A DNA stretch of 64,000 nucleotides from the human T2T-CHM13v2.0 reference genome, Homo sapiens. The position numbers and the translations under genes were made by a program. Below the pieces are notes generated by a model that searched no databases, was not told the origin of the DNA, and was given only the letters and a program-made list of their open reading frames with translations. The stretch's first letter is position 1. Each line of letters begins with the position of its first letter. Shown here in pieces: positions 55,720-64,000 of the stretch. The stretch is from the NCBI RefSeq assembly GCF_009914755.1, contig NC_060936.1. The stretch is one strand, 5' to 3'.

Positions 55720-56327
55720 CCTAGATTTGTAGTTTATGGTAATGAGGTGACTCAGGGTGAGCCCCTAGATAGTTTATGCTAACAAGATAACTCAGGATAG
55801 GGGCTGGCCATGCCAGAAAGATCATTATGTGAATAGAAGTCGGGGCTTTGAGTCACATTATACTACCCTGACCTCTCGAGAGGAGTGGACTTTGAGTTCA
55901 ACCATGTGGGCAGCAAATCAATCAATCACGCCTATGAAATGAAGTCTCAATAAAAACTCTGGAAACTGAAGCTCAAGTGAGCTGCCTGGGTGGCAATACT
56001 TCATGCATATATTGCCATGTACAGATGCCAATAGGGTACTGTGTCCCTGAGGATACAGAAGCTTCATGTTTGGAGCCCTTGGGGTCCCAGATTTTGCTCT
56101 ATGCATCTTTTCCTTTGGATGGTTCTAATTTTATCCTTTTGCTATAATCAAACCATAAGCATAAGTATAGCCCTTTCCTGAATTCTATGAGTCATTCTAG
56201 TGAATTATCAAAACTGATGGTGGTTTTGGGAAACCCCCAGACTCGCAGTTGGTGTCTGAAATCTTGGGTACACTTGGCAGTCTGAAAGACTGTGCCCTTA
56301 ACCTCAAGTTTGGCTAATTCTGCATAG
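55720..56327 (+). mobile_element. MER68/MER77-like (MER21-group) LTR
   Basis: ggtgactcagggtgagcccctagatag...ggggctggccatgccagaaag...aataaaaactctgg...gcagttggtgtctgaa. Confidence 0.8.
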
Positions 56328-56848
56328 CATATTATATCCAGCCAAGTAAAGTGAATATTACTTCCCTGAAACTAAGATAAAAAAATCTGGTTTTACTTCT
56401 AGGCAGCTAGGGATGGTAATTGGAAATTAATTTTGTTTGGAATGTACAAATATAAGTATTACTGTCTCAATTTAGTACATGTATCATATGTTATCTTGTT
56501 TTATTTTGGCAATGTAAATAAGCATTTTTAAGGACCTTCATATGTTCACATGTCATCTCCCAAGACTGCACCCTTCTTTTATTAATGTCTATATTCTTAA
56601 ACCCTTTCATTCTAGCACAGGGATTTTCATAAATATAACCTTTGCATTTGGGGAAAGACACCTTTGCTAGTCCTAGATCTCTCAATGAAATATAATCTTC
56701 CTGAAACTTACCTATAATAATAATGAGTACCAGTCAAGAAGTCCCTACCATATGCCAGAAGCAATGCTTGGTACTTTTATATGTACATATTCTAAACTTT
56801 ATAACCAACTTGGAAGGTAATTATTTCTATTCCCTTTTCTTAAAATGT

Positions 56849-57720
56849 CTGTTATTGACTCTCAAGAAAGACTTCCATAAAACCTTGTTGATCAAGCAAG
56901 GTAAATTGAGTAGACTTGCTGTAGAAAGACCTTAACGTGGTCTTAGTGCCATCTGAAAAGCGTAGGGAAGGAGTCAGAAAAGGTTATTTATAGGGCTTGG
57001 AATCTGAGATTAAGTGGGTAATGTAGTCTTTCCTGGCAGGAAACTTATTGGGATTGGGAAAATACATGACATAATAATTCAAAATTGGAAGACACAGCAA
57101 GGTAAAATTTTAAAGGAGTCTTGATAAGTAAAGCTTTCTGGTAAGTGAACTGTTTCCCAGATGAGTAATCTGTTGTTCCAAAAGAAGTGCTCTTGGCCAA
57201 AATGAGCAAACTGTTTGCTCAGAAAAATTAGTTTCCAAGAATTTTATCAAGCTAGAAGTAAAATTATGTATTAGTTTACATTCTTCTTTTCCTGGACAAA
57301 AATTACCAGAATACTATGGTCTGAAAATATTCCCCACAAAAGCATATGTTGAAAATTTAGCCCTCAGTGTAACAATATTGAGAGGTGGGGCCTAATCTGA
57401 GGTGCTCAGGTCATGGGAGATCCACCCTCATGAATAACATGATGCTGATTATAAAAGGTCTTGAGGCTTTGAGTTTGATCTTTTCACCTTGTCTCATATG
57501 CACAAGCTCTCTTTACTCTTCCACGTTCTGCCATGGGATAAAACAGCAAGAAGGTGATTGCCAGATGCTGGCACCATGATATTGGACTTCCCAGCATCCA
57601 AAACTGTGAGAAATAAATTTATTTTAATTATAAATTACCCAGCCTTGGATGTTTTGTTATAGAATCCCAAAATGAACTAAGACACTGAAATTAACAGTTG
57701 TCATGTTGGCACATTGGTCC
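56849..57720 (-). mobile_element. MER110-like ERV1 LTR inside a MIR, interrupted by MST
   Basis: Similar to 1802-2300; MIR halves flank it at about 56720-56845 and 57725-57830. Confidence 0.6.
57312..57684 (+). mobile_element. MST (MaLR) solo LTR
   Basis: tactatggtctgaa...ccaccctcatgaat...ataaattacccag...aactaagaca; imperfect TSD cagaa/ctgaa. Confidence 0.88.
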
Positions 57721-57904
57721 CAAATTTCAAAAATAAAGAAACTGACATTGTAAGAAAGTTAGTAATTTTCTAAGAATTATATCTAGAACTCTATAACTCC
57801 AAAGTCATAGTTTGGTCTACAGCACAAGACTTTCTCACCAAATATCTTTATATATCCCTGAAAAGTAAGACTACATGCAGCTACACAGCTTTAATTTCAA
57901 AACT

Positions 57905-58776
<872 letters not shown>

Positions 58777-59512
58777 CCTTATGGCCAGAGACTGCTTAAA
58801 CACATGATAAATTTTAAATAGATATACCACTTGATGGTTTATCATGCATCACAGGTTACAAAGAACTTCGACATATATCACTTGGTTTAATCAACAAAAG
58901 AACCATTTGAAGTAGGTATTATTATTATACTTATATTAATCCTTAACATCCTTTTATAGGATAATAAACAGAATTTAAGAGAGACCAAATGACTTGGTAA
59001 AGATCAAATAGCAGGTAATCAAGATGAGACTCATAAAGCACATTATGATGTACAACTTGATGTTTTGATATTTATATATTTTGTGAAAAGATTATATTGA
59101 ACTAATTAATATCTCTATCACATCATATACTTATTTGTTATGGTGAGAATATTTAAAACCTACTGTATAAACAAATTTCAAGTATACAAGTCATTATTAT
59201 GAATTATAGTCACCATGTTACACAATAAATCTCTAGAAGTTATCCAACCTGTGTAACTGAAATTTTGTACCTTTTAACCAACATCTCTCCTTCCCCAACG
59301 TCTCCCTCCCCATGCACCCCTCAGCTTCTGATAACCACCATTTTACTCTGCTTCTACGATTTTGACTTTTTTAGGTCCCACATGGAGGTGAAATCATGCA
59401 GAATTTCCCTTTCTGGGCGTGCCTTATTTCACTTAACATAATGTCCTACATGTTCATTCATAATGTCACAAATGATAAGATTTTAAGACCGAATAGTATT
59501 TCATTGTGAATA

Positions 59513-60025
59513 CCATTGGTCCTTGAACAATGTAGGTGTTGGGGTGCTGACACGTAATAAAAAATTTGCATATAAATTTTAACTGCCTAAAAACCTAACT
59601 ATTAATATCCTACTGTTGACTGGAAGCCTTTCTGACAACATAAACAGTTGATTAACATATATGTTATGTGTTGTTTGTATTGTATACTGTAGTCTTACAA
59701 TAAAGTAAGCTAGGGTAAAGAAAATGTTATTAAGAAGGTCATAAGGAAGAGAAAATAAATTTACTATTCTTTTAAGTGGAAGTAAGTCATCATAAAGATC
59801 TTCATGCCCATCATCTTCACATTGAGTAGACTGAGAGGGAGGAGGAAGAGGAGTGGTTAGTCTTGCTGTCTCAGAGGTTGCAGTATGAAAAGGAAATCCA
59901 TGTATAAGTTAACCCGTGCACATGTACCCTAAAACTTAAAGTATAATAATAATGAATAAAAAAAATAGCAAAAAAAAAAAAAAGTTAACCTATGCATTCA
60001 AACCATGTTGTTCAAGGGGCAACTG
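59513..60025 (-). mobile_element. Tigger2a/MER28 DNA transposon relic
   Basis: TIR-like ccttgaacaa...ttgttcaaggggcaactg, TA flanks, internal cctactgttgactggaagcc. Confidence 0.88.
59921..59981 (+). mobile_element. Extremely 5'-truncated L1PA (terminal about 30 nt plus A tail)
   Basis: catgtaccctaaaacttaaagtataat + A tail; TSD aagttaacc[cg/ta]tgca at 59906-59920 and 59982-59996. Confidence 0.9.
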
Positions 60026-60383
60026 TATATACATGACATTTTCCTTATCTATTTATCCACTTATGGACATTTAGGTGGATTCCATATTTTGGCCTTTGTG
60101 AATAATGTTGCAGTGAACATGAGAGTGCAGATATCTCTTTAACATGCTGATTTAAGTTTTTAAATATATATACCCAGAGGTGGGATTGCTGGATCATATA
60201 GTAGTTCTATGTTTAATTTTTTGAGGAGTCTTCGTACTGTTTTCCATAATGGCCATACTAATTTACCTTCCCACTGACAGTGTATAAGGGCTCTCTTTTC
60301 TCCATATCCTCACCAACACTTGTTATAGTTTGTCATTTTGATAATAACTATTCTAAAAGGAGTGAAGTGATATTCATTTGAGG

Positions 60384-60651
<268 letters not shown>

Positions 60652-62314
60652 TCATTTTGGTTTTAGTTTGCATTTTACTGATGGTTAGTGATGTTGAGCA
60701 TTTTTTTTTCATTTACCTGTTGGCCATTTCTTTTGACAAATGTCTATTGATATTCTTTACCCATTTTTAATTAAAGTGTTTTCTTGCTATTAAGTTGAGT
60801 TCTTTATATATTTGGATATTACTCTTTTATCAGATGTGTGGTTTGCAAATGTTTTCTCCCATTTCATAAGTTGTGTCTTCAATCTATTGTGTCCTTCCCT
60901 ATGCATAAGCTTTTTAGTTTGATGTAATTCTATTTGTCTATTTTTGCTTTTGTTGCCTGACCTTTTTGGGTTAATACTAGAAAAATTATTGCTCAAACCA
61001 CTGTCAAAAAGCCTTTTTCCTATGTTCTATTTTAGTGTTCCCAAAAACCTAATTATTGAGGTTTCAGTTTCAGGTCTTACATTTAAGTATTTTAATCCAT
61101 TTTGAGTTTATTTATTTGTGATGTGAGATCAGGATCCAGTTTCATTATTATGGTTGTGTATATGCTGTTTTCTCGTCATCATTTACTGAAGAGACAATTC
61201 TTTCCCCATTGTGTATGTGTATTCTTGGTATCATTTTGGAAGATCACTTGACTGTATATATGTGGATTTATGCCTGGGCTCTCTATTCTGTTCTATTGCT
61301 CTATGTGTCTGTTTTTATGCCAGTACCATGCTGGTTTAATTACTATAGCTTTGTAGTATACTTTGAAATCAGGGAGTTTGATGCCTTTAGTGTTGTTCTT
61401 TTTGCTCAAGATTGCTTCAGCAATTCAATATTTCTTATGATTCTCTACAAATTTTATGAATTTTTTTCTATTTCTATGATAAACATCATTTGGTTTTTGA
61501 TAGAAGTTGCTTGAATGTGTAGATAGCTTGTGTAGTATGAATGTGTTGACAATATTAATTCTTCCGGTCCATGAACATGGACTATTATTCCATGTGTTTG
61601 TGTCCTCTTCAATTTTTTTCAGCAATGTTTTATAGTTTTCAGTGTTCAGGTATTTCACCTTCTGGGTTAAATTTATTTCTATGCATTTTTTCATGATGTT
61701 GTGAGATTTTTTTGATTTCTTTGTTTTGGATAGTTTATTGTTATATAGAAACGCCACTAATTTTTATATGTTAATTTTGTATCCTGCAATTTTAGTGAAT
61801 TTGTTTATTAATTATTACTGTTTTTTGGTGAAGTCTTTAAGGTTTTCTATGTATGTCTGTCATCTGTAAACAGAGATCATTTTACTACTTCCATTTCAAT
61901 TTGAAAGCATTTTAATATATTTGTCTTGATTAATTGCTTTGGCTAGGACTTCTAGTACTAGAAGTAGAAGTAGTTTTCATTCTTCAGAAAAGAAATGATG
62001 AGAGTGGGTATCCTTGTCTTGTTCCAGATTTTCGAGGAAAAGCTTTCAGCTTTTCACATTGAGTATGATGTTAGCTGTGAGATTGTCATATATGGACTTT
62101 ATTTATGTTGAGGTACATTCTTTCTATACATATTTTATTGAGATATTTATTATGAAATGTTAATTTTGTCAAATGCTTTTACTGCATCTGTTTAGATGAT
62201 CATCTAATTTTATCCTTTATTTTGTTAATGTGCTGTACCGTGTTATTGATTTGCATGTGTTGAATCATCCTGGCATCCCAGGGATAAAACTTATTTTATA
62301 ATGGGGTATGATAC

Positions 62315-62468
62315 TATTATTTTTATTTGTTTGTTTATTTAATTATTGTTTTAGAGATGGAAATTTGCTATGTTGCCAAGGCTTGACTTGGACTCCTGGG
62401 CTCAATTGATCCTCCTGCTCAGCCTCCCTGAGTAGCTGGGATATAGGCACGTACCACTACGCCTAGTT
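62315..62468 (-). mobile_element. Alu monomer (FLAM-like)
   Basis: Single arm ttgctatgttgccaaggct...ctcctgggctcaattgatcctcctg with A/T-rich tail. Confidence 0.85.
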
Positions 62469-64000
62469 CTGATCCTTTTAGTATGCTGTTGAATTCAGTT
62501 TGCTAATTTTGTTGAGGATTGTCGCATCTGTGTTCATCAGGGATATTGGCTTATACATTTCTCTTCTTGTGGAGTGTTTGTCTGTCTTTGGATCAGACAT
62601 AATCCTTATCAGGATAATGCTGAACTTGTAAAATGAATTCTGAAGTGTTGCCTTCTTTTCAATTTTTCAAGAGTTTGAAAAGGATTGGCATTAATGTTTC
62701 TTTAAATATCTGGTAGAATTCACCAGTGAAGGCTTCATGTTCTGAGCTTTTTTTTTGTTGGAAGGTTTTGGCTATTGATTCAGCCTCCTGATTTATCGGT
62801 TCAGATTTTCTATTTCTTCATGATTCAATCTTAGTAGGCTGTACATTTTTAGGAATTTCTGTACTTCTTTTAAGTTATCCATTTTTTGTTGGCTTATAAT
62901 TGTCCACTTAGTCTCTTATCTTTTATATTTCTGTGCTATCAGCTGTGATTTCTCCTTTTTTATTTAAAATTCTTTTATTTGAGTCTTCTCTCTTTTTTCT
63001 TAGTCTAGCTAAAGGTTTGTCAATATTGTTTATCTTTTAAATAAAGCAATTTTTGGTTATTAATTTTTTTCTATTGTTTTTCCAGTCTCTGTTTCATTTA
63101 CTTCTGCTGTGCTCATTGTCATTTTCTTCCTTTTGCTGACCATGAGCTTGATACATTCTGCTTTTTTCTAGTTCCTTGAGGTATAGAGTTTGTTCATTTG
63201 AGATCTTTCTTTCTTAATGTAGGCATTTATCATTGTAAACTGCCCTCTTATAACTGTTTCTGCTGCATCTCATAACTTTTTATATGCTGTCTTTCCATCT
63301 CTATTTGTCTCAAAATATTTTTTATTTCCCTTTTGATTTCTTATTTGACCAACTGGTTGTTCAAGAGTATGTTGTTTAATTTCCACACGTGTGTAAATTT
63401 TCTGAAATTTCTTCTGTTGTTTATTTCTAGTTTTATACTACTGTGATTTGAGAATATACTTACTATGATTTCAGTCTTCTTAAATTTGTTAAGATTTGTT
63501 TTGTGGTCTAACACATGGTCTATTCTGAAGAATGTTCCATGTGCACTTGAAACAAAAATGTGTGTTCTGCTGATTTTGGGTGGAATGTTCTGCATATGTC
63601 TATTACATCCATTTGGTCTACACTGTTGTTTAATTCTACTGTTTCCTTATTGATTTTCTGTCAGGATGATATTGCCATTAATGAAAGTAGGACATTAAAG
63701 TCCCCTGCTATTATTCTACTGCTATCTATTTCTCTCTTCCGTTATCTTATGTATTTTTCCTTTATATATTTAGGTGTTCTAATGTTGGGTGCATATATAT
63801 TTTTATTGTTATATTCTCTTAATGTATTCACTCCTCTATTATTATATAATAAGTTTCTTTGTCTCTTGTGATAGTTTTTTACTTAAATTCTATTTTATCT
63901 GATAAGTGTAATCACTCTTGCTGTATTTTGGTTACCATTTGCATGGAATAGCTGTTTTCATTCCTTCACTTTCAGCCTGTATGTATTCTTTTCCTTCCTT

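Overview
Primate (human-like) genomic DNA, visibly AT-rich and CpG-poor, with no CpG island and no host protein-coding exon I can recognise. It reads as intergenic DNA or a large intron. Much of it is interspersed repeat: L1s of several ages (L1PA4-, L1PA5-, L1PA15/16-, L1MA-, L1MC/ME-like), about ten Alu/FLAM copies, MIR/L2/L3 relics, solo LTRs (MLT2A, MLT1, MST, MER110-like, LTR27-like, MER68/77-like) and DNA-transposon relics (Tigger2a, MER58, MER20, MER5, MER3). The longest ORFs in the track are L1 ORF2, Alu or LTR sequence. Subfamily names come from recalled diagnostic motifs and need RepeatMasker/Dfam confirmation; boundaries of old elements are approximate. I found no convincing new biological system. 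Best leads: a 166-bp tandem duplication of an L1PA4 3' UTR; a 37-bp apparent templated insertion; a GNRA-capped hairpin overlapping RUNX/ETS/octamer motifs; a candidate CTCF site; a candidate microexon; a candidate minus-strand exon; an unidentified pseudogene-like segment; twin-primed L1s; and multi-level nested insertions.
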